64,000 bases of DNA from an uncultured archaeon (lineage in GTDB: Archaea; Asgardarchaeota; Lokiarchaeia; Sigyniarchaeales; SOKP01). The notes under the pieces were generated by a model. That model was not told where the DNA came from. It made no database searches and worked only from the letters and a program-made list of their open reading frames with translations. The stretch covers positions 1-64,000 of the forward strand of contig CAZOYD010000004.1 of NCBI GenBank assembly GCA_964583985.1, written 5' to 3'. Numbering within the stretch: the first letter of the stretch is position 1; each line of letters opens with the position of its first letter. Below are positions 39,598-48,871 of this stretch, piece after piece. Both the position numbers and the translations under genes were made by a program.

Positions 39598-40380
39598 CTA
39601 TTTAGCGCCAATATTTTCTTGAGCAATTAAAGCTGCTCCAATTGCTCCAGTTAATTGGGGAAATTCCGGTATGACAATCTCATATCCAAGTTCTTCTTCT
39701 AAATATTTTTTAACTGCACTATTTAAAGCTACACCTCCACAAAATACGAGTTGAGGCTCAACTCCGATCCTCTTTGCCATTCCTGCTACTCTTTTTGCAA
39801 TTGACTTATGGATTCCACTCGCAATATCTTCTTTTGAAGCACCTCTAGCAAATAAGCTAATTACTTCACTTTCAGCAAATACAGTACAAGTTGAACTAAT
39901 AGATGCTGGATTATTTGATTTTAAAGCCAGTGAACCAAATTGCTCAATAGGAACCTCTAATGCATGAGCCATAACTTCAAGGAAACGTCCGGTTCCTGCA
40001 GCGCACTTATCATTCATTTGAAAGTCAATAACTTTACTTGTCTTTGAAGAAATTAATATAGCTTTGCTATCCTGACCTCCAATATCGATTACAGAACGAG
40101 CTTCAGGAAAAAAGTATTGTATCCCTTTAGCATGAGCCGTGATTTCAGTAACTCTATCATCAGCGATATCAATTGTATTTCTACCGTATCCAGTGCTCAT
40201 AACATATACATCAGATCTTTTAAGATTATGTTTGATTAGAATATCATCAAATAATTCATGCCCTATTTTTTTAAAATTATAGGTTGAACGTTCAGTACGA
40301 TGATCAGCCAACTTGCCTTCAATAATCAAGGCAATTTTTGTGGCAAGACTTCCTATATCGATTCCAATAAAAATGTCCAT
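39598..40380 (-). CDS. ATP-dependent acyl-CoA dehydratase activator (HgdC/BcrA-D-like ASKHA ATPase)
   Basis: GIDIGS, STGYGR, DIGGQDSK, MNDKCAAGTGRFLE, SSTCTVFAESE, GGVALN, GAIGAA. Confidence 0.96.
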   Translation of the reverse strand: MDIFIGIDIGSLATKIALIIEGKLADHRTERSTYNFKKIGHELFDDILIKHNLKRSDVYVMSTGYGRNTIDIADDRVTEITAHAKGIQYFFPEARSVIDIGGQDSKAILISSKTSKVIDFQMNDKCAAGTGRFLEVMAHALEVPIEQFGSLALKSNNPASISSTCTVFAESEVISLFARGASKEDIASGIHKSIAKRVAGMAKRIGVEPQLVFCGGVALNSAVKKYLEEELGYEIVIPEFPQLTGAIGAALIAQENIGAK

Positions 40381-40469
40381 TTTGTGTTCTCTTAAGTGGC
40401 TTGTATAGACAAAAATAGTCCAGAAAATATTAAATTTGCGATGTTATGACATGAAGGTTAAAATATAAA

Positions 40470-41234
40470 TTAAATACCTAATAAGATGGATACTAGAAGG
40501 GTTACAACACCAGCGGTAATTAAATGAATCGAATATTTAATTTTTCCCCCTCCAGAGATATTTCCAAGAAAAATTCCCAGATATATAAGGAGACCTGCTA
40601 ATATGGTATAAGAAAATAAGAAGTGAAACAAGGTTAATGTTGTGCCAAAAAAGAATGGAATCAAGGGGAGTGATGATCCCAACACGGGTGCGAATCCATC
40701 AACCAAGGAAGCAATCCATGTAGCAAAGTCCTCAGCTTGTTGGATAATCGATTTTTCTTTCTTTTTCTTCTTAATATTACTAGATAATATCTCTTTTTTG
40801 AGTGATAACTTTTTTTTTAATGGAACTACCATTGCTTTTTGTATGGCAACTAATTCCTCTTCGGTTAGTGAATCTTCTTCATTAGATAACTGATTAATTT
40901 CATCTTCTAATATGACCATGTCTTTTCTTAAATCTGCCATTTTTTTCTTCCTCTCTGCTTCTTCAGAGAGAAAAGCTCCCCATAATCCACTAATTCCAAT
41001 AGCTAACGCAGTTGCAAATCCATAAATAATCACCGTACTTGGAGTGTTTTTTACTCCTACAGGTGGATCAAGAAATACTATAAAAAGCCCACTGACAATT
41101 CCTGCACAAGTAAGAGCACCATCAAAACAATTATTGAAAAATTTTCGACGAGCTATTATGCCCAGATCGGACATGGTTGCGTATTTTTTCCATTTTTTTA
41201 TTAGATCTTTGAATGCCATTCTTTTATTAAACAC
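40470..41234 (-). CDS. VIT1/CCC1-family transporter (archaeal type)
   Basis: NNCFDGALT, AIGISGLWGAFLSEEAER, LPLIPFF; five TM helices. Confidence 0.85.
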   Translation of the reverse strand: MFNKRMAFKDLIKKWKKYATMSDLGIIARRKFFNNCFDGALTCAGIVSGLFIVFLDPPVGVKNTPSTVIIYGFATALAIGISGLWGAFLSEEAERKKKMADLRKDMVILEDEINQLSNEEDSLTEEELVAIQKAMVVPLKKKLSLKKEILSSNIKKKKKEKSIIQQAEDFATWIASLVDGFAPVLGSSLPLIPFFFGTTLTLFHFLFSYTILAGLLIYLGIFLGNISGGGKIKYSIHLITAGVVTLLVSILLGI

Positions 41235-41408
41235 CTAATCATGCGGAAAAATTGAGTGAAACGTTTCCTATTAAATTAACAAAATTATATCAATTTATAT
41301 TTTTTTTGAATAAATTTTTTATTTTGAAAACTGATGATTTTTATTTACTTAATCATATATTATTCATAGATATAATTCATTGATTAATATAAGTATAGGG
41401 ATTAATAA

Positions 41409-42044
41409 ATGGCAATAAACAGAAAAATAAAAGAAGAAATAATTTCTTTACTCATTGATCATTCGCGGATTATTTATAATGTAATTAGTGATATGGCGGT
41501 ATATTATAATTTTTGGAGTGAAGATCAAGGAAAGGCTCTGGAAAAGAAAAGGAATAAAATGAAGCTACTTGAAGAAGAAGCAGATGAGATAAAAATTCAA
41601 ATAATACAAGATTATTCTGAAGTTGGAGCGGGTTATGGTGATTATATTGATTTAATTCTCCGGATGGACAATGTAATTAATTATCCATTAGAATTTGTCG
41701 ATATGCTACCTAAAATACAACTAGATCAAAAAATCAAGAAAGAAGTCAGCAGTAGATATCATAAACTAATTAATATCATAATTCAGATGACTGATGTCTT
41801 AAAAACCACCATAAAGAATTTAAGAGATAATAAAGCAATAGTATTCAATAATACAACAGAGATACATGAATTAGAAAATGAAATTGATTCAATCTATAGA
41901 CAATTCTTAGAATATTTGTATTCAAATGAAGAAATTAATATTAGATCCTTGTTGAGATTGAGAGATAGTATCGTTTTATTGGAACAATTAGCAGATCGGA
42001 TACATGATATAGCTGATCTCATTCGAGTTTTATTGTACCATTGA
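41409..42044 (+). CDS. DUF47/PhoU-like phosphate transport regulator
   Basis: LEEEADEIK and HELENEIDSIYR repeats; LEQLADRIHDIAD. Confidence 0.88.
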   Translation: MAINRKIKEEIISLLIDHSRIIYNVISDMAVYYNFWSEDQGKALEKKRNKMKLLEEEADEIKIQIIQDYSEVGAGYGDYIDLILRMDNVINYPLEFVDMLPKIQLDQKIKKEVSSRYHKLINIIIQMTDVLKTTIKNLRDNKAIVFNNTTEIHELENEIDSIYRQFLEYLYSNEEINIRSLLRLRDSIVLLEQLADRIHDIADLIRVLLYH

Positions 42045-42169
42045 GTTAATATTATTAATCTCGTGAAAACAAATTAAATCTTTGACTATTTTTAGTTAAA
42101 TTTTTACGCAATTCAACTTATATTAAAAATAAAAATAAAAAAAAAATTTTCAACTTAAGTGATAATTTT

Positions 42170-42532
42170 ATGAATGGCAAGCAAAAATTTTTTGCACTAC
42201 TAGGATTATTGCAAATCGTTTTGATTTTTACAGTGTTTTTTTCAGTTGATGGTTTGGTTGGTTTTGTGTCTGCACAAACCACAAATTTTGATTATTATAA
42301 CTCATCGACAAGTTTTGGTTTAGCAATTGGTGCAGGCATCTCTGTGGGTATGGGCGTCATAGGAAGCGGTATGGCATTAAAAACTGTTGGAACTGCCGCT
42401 ATTGCTACATTATCGGAACGAGAGGAATCATTCTTTAAAGCATTTTTAGTTGTTGCGCTAGCTGAAGCATTAGCTATTTACGGTTTGATCGTTGCAATGC
42501 TATTGTGGAATAAAATACCCAACCCCGCATAA
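42170..42532 (+). CDS. atpK: A/V-type ATPase subunit K (c, proteolipid)
   Basis: One hairpin GLAIGAG...ALAEALAIYGLI with the ion-binding Glu, plus an N-terminal hydrophobic extension. Confidence 0.93.
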   Translation: MNGKQKFFALLGLLQIVLIFTVFFSVDGLVGFVSAQTTNFDYYNSSTSFGLAIGAGISVGMGVIGSGMALKTVGTAAIATLSEREESFFKAFLVVALAEALAIYGLIVAMLLWNKIPNPA

Positions 42533-42574
42533 ATTTAACTGACTATTATCATAAGGAATTTTGGTGATTTTTTC

Positions 42575-43627
42575 ACGAGTGTAATAATACCTTCTTACGC
42601 ATATACATATGTAAAAATTGGTTTTCTAAAGCAATTAATCATTGATGATGTTTCGCTTACTAAATTAAAAACATTTTCAAATATTCAAGAATTTATTGAA
42701 TTTATTCAACCATATTATCCAGAAATTAATATTAAAAAATATAGTATAATTGAGATTGAAAAGTCGTTATTTCATACTTTTATTAAACTCATTGGAAAAA
42801 TATTAATTATTTCGCCTGAGAGTATGAGGCGATTCTTATCTGATTATCTATTGAAATTTGAAATTGCTAACATTAAACAAGTGATTATGGGGGTAATAAC
42901 TGGAGTAAGCAGTAAAGAACTATCAAAAGATATCAATTTCCTCGTTGAAGAATTTCTTGAACATGAAGAATTTATGAATCGTTTAATTGAACTAACTTCA
43001 TTGGATGAGATTCAATTATATATGTCTAAAACTAGATATTATAAAGCAATTCGAGAAGGCATTCTTTATTTTAATAATAATAGTGAAATATTTGTAATGG
43101 AAGCATTCTTAGACCAAATTTATTATAATAACTTACTTGAGCGAGAAAAATCCTATGATAAAAAAGAAAAAATGATGATAAGTTCATACATACACCAATT
43201 GACTGAAATTTATAATTTACGAATGATTTCAAGAGGAATCATTAATAACATTGATAAAGATTTGCTAGTACAATTCTTGGTCAATGCATATTTTTTTTTA
43301 GACGGAGAAAAAATGAATATCTTATTAAATCTTAATAATATTGATGATTTTTTTCTGCAAATTGAAAAATTTCTTAAAAATACACCAAAATTAAAGGGAT
43401 TACAAATCCCGATAATAATCAATAAAAATCACTTTATATGGTCTCTTGGAGCAATTTATCAGAATTATTTTTTCAAAAAATATAAACTAAAAATTGATGA
43501 TATTGAAGATTCAACAATTTATCGAATTTTAGAAATCATAATTAAAAAAGATAAAGAAATTAAATTTAATATTATGCCAAATATAATTCGAATTATCCAC
43601 GATAAGTACGAGAGGTTAGAAGAATAG
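42575..43627 (+). CDS. atpC: A/V-type ATPase subunit C (d); probably starts at non-canonical ACG 42575 rather than ATG 42824
   Basis: Frame open from 42539; upstream part encodes PSYAYTYVKIGFLKQL, like the subunit C N-terminus; FEIANIK, EAFLDQIYY and EIYNLRMISRG motifs. Confidence 0.85.
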   Translation, partial: TSVIIPSYAYTYVKIGFLKQLIIDDVSLTKLKTFSNIQEFIEFIQPYYPEINIKKYSIIEIEKSLFHTFIKLIGKILIISPESMRRFLSDYLLKFEIANIKQVIMGVITGVSSKELSKDINFLVEEFLEHEEFMNRLIELTSLDEIQLYMSKTRYYKAIREGILYFNNNSEIFVMEAFLDQIYYNNLLEREKSYDKKEKMMISSYIHQLTEIYNLRMISRGIINNIDKDLLVQFLVNAYFFLDGEKMNILLNLNNIDDFFLQIEKFLKNTPKLKGLQIPIIINKNHFIWSLGAIYQNYFFKKYKLKIDDIEDSTIYRILEIIIKKDKEIKFNIMPNIIRIIHDKYERLEE

Positions 43628-43628
43628 C

Positions 43629-43946
43629 ATGGAAATATTTAAATGGGCTAAAGATATAGAAAAAATATATATAGAATTAATAGAAAAAAGTAAAAAAGAG
43701 AATTTGGAAGAAATTCAATCATTTAGAGCCGAACAAGAGCAAATTTTAGCGGATTCAATTCAAGAGAGACAAAATCTGGTGAAAAGTGTTTTACAAACTC
43801 TTTCTGAAGATATTGAGAAAGAAGTCTCTTCATTTAAAGAAAAAGTCTCTAAAGCTATAGGCAATATTGTGAAAAAATATGAAATAACTAAACCACAAAT
43901 TCTTGAAAAAGCAATTCAACAGTTAGGACTTGATCTAAATGCCTGA
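43629..43946 (+). CDS. Probable A/V-type ATPase subunit H/G (peripheral stalk)
   Basis: 105-aa charged helical protein inside the operon; the only slot left for H/G. Confidence 0.65.
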   Translation: MEIFKWAKDIEKIYIELIEKSKKENLEEIQSFRAEQEQILADSIQERQNLVKSVLQTLSEDIEKEVSSFKEKVSKAIGNIVKKYEITKPQILEKAIQQLGLDLNA

Positions 43947-44262
43947 GCAAAAAATTATTGTCATAGGAGACGATGAAATTATAATCCTTCTAAGATTATT
44001 TGGTATAGAGGGAATTTCTATGAAAGATGATGGAGAATTCATTAAAAAATTTGAATCCCTTACTCTTAATGATGAAATTGGCATGATTATTATTGCCCTC
44101 GACTTGTCAGAAGAAAATTCGCGTTATTTGATAGATTTTAAAACCAATAAACATTCTCCATTTATTTTATATTTACCAGATATGTTTAAAGAAGATCTCG
44201 ATAGGGATGTATTATTTAAAGAATTATTTAAAACCATAAATAAAATTACAAGTCAAGGGTGA
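43939..44262 (+). CDS. atpF: A/V-type ATPase subunit F
   Basis: KIIVIGDDE...LRLFGIEG, IGMIII, PFILYLP. Confidence 0.88.
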   Translation: MPEQKIIVIGDDEIIILLRLFGIEGISMKDDGEFIKKFESLTLNDEIGMIIIALDLSEENSRYLIDFKTNKHSPFILYLPDMFKEDLDRDVLFKELFKTINKITSQG

Positions 44263-44994
44263 ATGAGCATTTCTGAGCACAATGAGTTAAAGGAACAATT
44301 TGGTCGGTTAGGAGTTAATTTAATTAATACCGCTAAAAAACAAATTAAAGAATTGAATCAAAACACACTTTTTCAGAAATCTCAAATTAAAAAAAATCTC
44401 CTAAAAAGGAACAATGAAAACTCTCTTAAGACAAAAACTCATTTTATTGAAACTTATGTTCAATTATTAAATAATGCATTAGCATCCACTTTATTGAAGA
44501 CCAAACAAGACGTTCTCGAAATTAAAAATACACTCTTGAATGAATTATCATTAGATTTGATAAAGCGAATCGAATCAAATATCGATAGTAATTATGAGAA
44601 TTATGTCATATATTTAATAAATGAATTAAAAAAATTTGCTCAAACGATTAAATCTTCCCATAACGTAGCCATACTTTTAAATGAGAGAGATTACAAGTTT
44701 TTTTCTAAGAATTCTCACAAAATAAAAGACTTGTTCAAAACTCAAATTACCCTGCAGATCACAGACGAACCTTTTATAGGGGGATTTAAAGCATATATCG
44801 TTAATGAAAATATCTCCTATGATGTTAAGATTGAAAGTTATATTTTAAAACAATCCCTATTAATTGAGAGCGCGTTTTCTGAGCAATTCTCTGAAAAAGA
44901 CATTACTGAATTGATCCAAAATTTTGAAAATTTCATATCTAATAAAAAAGATAGTATTGAGGCGAATTTGAAAGAATATGACAGAATTGGATGA
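44263..44994 (+). CDS. atpE: A/V-type ATPase subunit E
   Basis: Long N-terminal helix, LLNERD, FIGGFK; located before subunit A. Confidence 0.85.
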   Translation: MSISEHNELKEQFGRLGVNLINTAKKQIKELNQNTLFQKSQIKKNLLKRNNENSLKTKTHFIETYVQLLNNALASTLLKTKQDVLEIKNTLLNELSLDLIKRIESNIDSNYENYVIYLINELKKFAQTIKSSHNVAILLNERDYKFFSKNSHKIKDLFKTQITLQITDEPFIGGFKAYIVNENISYDVKIESYILKQSLLIESAFSEQFSEKDITELIQNFENFISNKKDSIEANLKEYDRIG

Positions 44995-46819
44995 GACTAT
45001 ACAGACGGGATTTATTTCTGCTATTAATGGGACTCTAATAGAGATAAAAGGATTAGAAAGGTTTGTTAAACTACATGAGTTAATCAAGATATCTAATCAT
45101 AATATCCTTGGTGAAGTAATTCAAATATATTCTAACCATGTAGTGGCGCAGTGTTATGAAAACACGAATAATTTGCGCCTAAATGAGAGCGTCATAAGTT
45201 TACAAGAACCATTATCAATGGAATTGGCTCCAGGATTATTATCAAATATTTTTGATGGTATTCAGAGACCATTAAAAGAAATTTATGAAGGATTTGGACA
45301 ATCTGGCTTTTTAAAACGTGGTATTGAAGTGCCTTCATTATCTAGAACAAGGAAATGGCATTTTAAGCCACAAAAAAAAATAGGTGATGAACTTTTTCCT
45401 GGAGATGTGATAGGTGAAGTTCAAGAAACTACTTTAATCTCTCATAAGATAATGATACCTCATAAAATTTCAGGAAAAATTGTAAGTATTGTTAAAGAAG
45501 GAGATTATACTATTTCTGATGAGATATATGTCATTAAAACCAAAGATAAAGAAGAAAGCATGAAAATGCTTCAAAAATGGCCAGTGACTGATAGTCGACC
45601 TTTTAAAGCAAGATTAAAACCCAAAAGACCATTATTGACAGGTTTAAGAGTTATAGATCTTCTCTTTCCAATCGCAAAAGGAGGAACTGTTGCTGTACCT
45701 GGTGGATTTGGCACTGGAAAGACGGTCATTCAGCAATCCATAGCTAAGTGGTGTAATGCTGATATTATCGTATTTATTGGATGTGGTGAGAGAGGTAATG
45801 AAATAGCCGATGTATTAAAAGAATTTGGGACCTTGATTGATCCTCAAAGCGGAAAACCCTTATTAGAACGAATAGTTTTAATAGCGAATACCTCTAATAT
45901 GCCTGTATCTGCTAGAGAAGCAAGTATTTTTTCGGGTGTAACAATCGCAGAATATTATAGAGATATGGGATATGATGTGGCAGTGTTAGCAGACAGTACT
46001 TCACGATGGGCTGAATCCTTGAGAGAAATTTCAGGATTATTAGAAGAAATGCCCGCAGAAGAGGGATATCCTGCTTATCTTCCAACAAAATTATCAAAAT
46101 TTTACGAACGCGCAGGAGCAGTAAAACTCATTGGCTTAACAGGGGTAGGAGAAGAGAAGATTGGGTCAATTTCAATAATAGGCTCTGTAAGTCCTCCTTC
46201 AGGTGATTTTTCAGAGCCTGTAACCTCTACAAGTAAACGTTTTGTTCAGGCATTTTGGGCATTAGATGCAAATTTAGCATATTCGAAGCATTATCCCGCT
46301 ATAAATTGGTTTGATTCTTATTCAAATTATCCTGAATATCTTGCTGATTGGTGGTCCAAAAAAGATATTAATTGGCCAGAGATTGATTATAATTGGTATC
46401 AATGTAGAAGTGAAGTAAATGAAATTCTATCCAAAGAAAATGAATTACTTAATATTATTCAACTAATTGGAGAAGAAAATCTTCCTGAAATAAAAAAACT
46501 GGATATTTTTATAGGTAAAATGATTAGAGAGAGCTTTTTAATTCAAAATGCATTTGATAAAATTGATGCTTTTACTAATGCTGAAAAACTACTCTCTCAA
46601 ATTAAGTTAATATTATTACTGCATAATGAAAGTAAGGATTTAATACAACAAGGATTTATTATCGATGATATAAAATCATTAGCTGTTATTGATGAAATTA
46701 TGAGACTTAGTTTATCCATCCCGAATCAAGAATTCTTAAAAATTCTTAATATCAAGAATCAATTAATAAGAGAAATTGAATCTTTAAAATTAATCTCTAG
46801 AGTTCGAAGAAAAACATGA
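44978..46819 (+). CDS. atpA: A/V-type ATPase catalytic subunit A
   Basis: [44 protein letters not shown]. Confidence 0.97.
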   Translation: MTELDETIQTGFISAINGTLIEIKGLERFVKLHELIKISNHNILGEVIQIYSNHVVAQCYENTNNLRLNESVISLQEPLSMELAPGLLSNIFDGIQRPLKEIYEGFGQSGFLKRGIEVPSLSRTRKWHFKPQKKIGDELFPGDVIGEVQETTLISHKIMIPHKISGKIVSIVKEGDYTISDEIYVIKTKDKEESMKMLQKWPVTDSRPFKARLKPKRPLLTGLRVIDLLFPIAKGGTVAVPGGFGTGKTVIQQSIAKWCNADIIVFIGCGERGNEIADVLKEFGTLIDPQSGKPLLERIVLIANTSNMPVSAREASIFSGVTIAEYYRDMGYDVAVLADSTSRWAESLREISGLLEEMPAEEGYPAYLPTKLSKFYERAGAVKLIGLTGVGEEKIGSISIIGSVSPPSGDFSEPVTSTSKRFVQAFWALDANLAYSKHYPAINWFDSYSNYPEYLADWWSKKDINWPEIDYNWYQCRSEVNEILSKENELLNIIQLIGEENLPEIKKLDIFIGKMIRESFLIQNAFDKIDAFTNAEKLLSQIKLILLLHNESKDLIQQGFIIDDIKSLAVIDEIMRLSLSIPNQEFLKILNIKNQLIREIESLKLISRVRRKT

Positions 46820-48204
46820 GTGTTATATATAAAAAAATTCAACAAATTATCGGTCCCCTATTGTTCCTGAAAAATGAACACAATCTACAATACGGAGAAA
46901 TTGTAAAAATAAGAACAAAAGAATCCGATGAAAAAATTGGACAAGTTGTCAGAATGAATGAAGAGAGTATTATTATAGAAGTGTTTGAAACTACTCAAGG
47001 GATTTCTTCTGAAAATGCTCAAATAGTATTTACTGAGGATACTTTTAAAATAAAAATTTCTGATACTGATATGTTTGGCCATACGTTCAATTCTTTAGGT
47101 TTCCCAATTGAAATTGAAACAAAAAGCACTTTGGATGTGGATTTGGTATCTGATGTTGAAAAATATATTTATGGCTTTCCGATTAATCCCTTTGCGAGAG
47201 AATACCCTTCAAGTGTCATTCAAACTGGAGTTTCTGTCATTGATGGGTTATTCACACTAATTCGTGGTCAAAAACTCCCTATATTTAGCGGACAAGGGCT
47301 CCCTCATAATAAATTGGCTACACAAATCGTTTCTCAAGCTCGAGTATTAACAGGTGAACCTTTTTTGATAATTTTCTGTGGAATCGGAATTATTGAGGAT
47401 GAAGCTATAAGTTTTATAAATAGTTTCCAAAAAAGTGGGAATATTCAAAACATCATTTCTTTCATAAATTTCGCTTCTGATCCAATAATGGAAAGATTAA
47501 TAATACCCCGAGTAGCATTAACAACGGCAGAATACTTCGCTTTTGAAAAAGATATGCATGTATTGGTAATTTTGATTGATATGACCAATTATGCTGAAGC
47601 ATTAAGAGAATTAAGCTCTGTTAAAGAAGAAATTCCTAGTAGAAAAGGATATCCTGGATATCTTTACTCAGATTTCGCTTCTCTATATGAACGTACTGGA
47701 AAATTAAAAGGAAAAAAAGGATCTATCACTCAAATACCGATTTTAACGATGCCAAATGATGATATCTCACATCCAATTCCAGATACAACTGGTTATATTA
47801 CTGAAGGGCAGCTCGTTTTAAGTAGGAAATTACATAAAATTGGAATTTATCCTCCATTTGAAGTACTATCTTCTATTTCACGTCTAATGAAAGATGCGAT
47901 AGGGAAAGATACCACTAGAGAAGACCATGCTGACGTAAGTTCTCAATTATTATCCTCTTATTCAAGTGCCCTTGAAACAAGAGATTTGCTTTCAATTGTA
48001 GGAGAAGATGGTTTGAATTTCGATCAAAAAAATCTTTTAGAGTATGGTGATGCTTTTGAACAACAATTTTTAAACCAAAAAGTAGATGAAAATAGAGATT
48101 TCTTGAAAACTCTCACTATTGCTTGGGAAACTCTTAGCATCTTGCCCCGAAATCAACTTTACCGGATTCATCAAAAATATATAGATAAATATTATATTGG
48201 ATAG
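46816..48204 (+). CDS. atpB: A/V-type ATPase subunit B
   Basis: [48 protein letters not shown]. Confidence 0.97.
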   Translation: MSVIYKKIQQIIGPLLFLKNEHNLQYGEIVKIRTKESDEKIGQVVRMNEESIIIEVFETTQGISSENAQIVFTEDTFKIKISDTDMFGHTFNSLGFPIEIETKSTLDVDLVSDVEKYIYGFPINPFAREYPSSVIQTGVSVIDGLFTLIRGQKLPIFSGQGLPHNKLATQIVSQARVLTGEPFLIIFCGIGIIEDEAISFINSFQKSGNIQNIISFINFASDPIMERLIIPRVALTTAEYFAFEKDMHVLVILIDMTNYAEALRELSSVKEEIPSRKGYPGYLYSDFASLYERTGKLKGKKGSITQIPILTMPNDDISHPIPDTTGYITEGQLVLSRKLHKIGIYPPFEVLSSISRLMKDAIGKDTTREDHADVSSQLLSSYSSALETRDLLSIVGEDGLNFDQKNLLEYGDAFEQQFLNQKVDENRDFLKTLTIAWETLSILPRNQLYRIHQKYIDKYYIG

Positions 48205-48213
48205 GTGATTTGT

Positions 48214-48870
48214 ATGAGTTTTAGATCGATTAAACCCACAAAAACGAATTTAATGAATTTGCAAAAAAAATTAAAATTTGCAATCAGAGGAGAAAAATTT
48301 TTAGAATTGAAAAGAGAACAGTTAATAAATCAGATTAAATATCATTGGGATGAATATAAGAAAATTAGAGATTCATTTTACCAATTATACCGCGAATCAT
48401 TGATTAAATTACACCAAGCTTACAAGGAAATGGGAAAAAGAGATTTGGTATTAATTAGCAAAATGAGCAGTATTCAATATAAACCTGTTGTAAATATTCG
48501 ACAGGTAAAAAAGCTTGGCATGATAATATCAGAAATAAATTTTAATTTAGATATGAATAATAAGCTTCCTGCTTATAGTTTTGAGAATTCGAGCCATTTC
48601 CTTGATATGTTAATTCTTAAAGGGCGGGAATTTTTTGATGCTTTAATAAAATTTGCTGAACAAGAAGATATTTTAATAAGTTATGCATCAAACTTCAAAA
48701 GAATTGATCGAAGGATAAATGGATTAAAAAATAATATCATTCCTTCCTTTACATTAGATATTAAAATAATTCGGGAGATGATAGAAGAAATCGACCGAGA
48801 AAGTTTTGTAAGATTAAAAAAAACTAAAGATTTGATACAAAAAAAGAAAATTAAAATGGTTGGGGGATAA
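48214..48870 (+). CDS. atpD: A/V-type ATPase subunit D (start probably ATG 48214)
   Basis: KPTKTNLMNL...RG..FLELKRE, RRINGLKNNIIP, EEIDRESFVRLK; GGTGA RBS at 48204. Confidence 0.93.
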   Translation: MSFRSIKPTKTNLMNLQKKLKFAIRGEKFLELKREQLINQIKYHWDEYKKIRDSFYQLYRESLIKLHQAYKEMGKRDLVLISKMSSIQYKPVVNIRQVKKLGMIISEINFNLDMNNKLPAYSFENSSHFLDMLILKGREFFDALIKFAEQEDILISYASNFKRIDRRINGLKNNIIPSFTLDIKIIREMIEEIDRESFVRLKKTKDLIQKKKIKMVGG

Positions 48871-48871
48871 T

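Noticed and set aside
42533-42823. Apparent 290-nt non-coding gap or atpK-atpC readthrough fusion
   Set aside because: The gap is an open frame encoding the subunit C N-terminus; two in-frame TAA stops (42530, 42536) argue against readthrough
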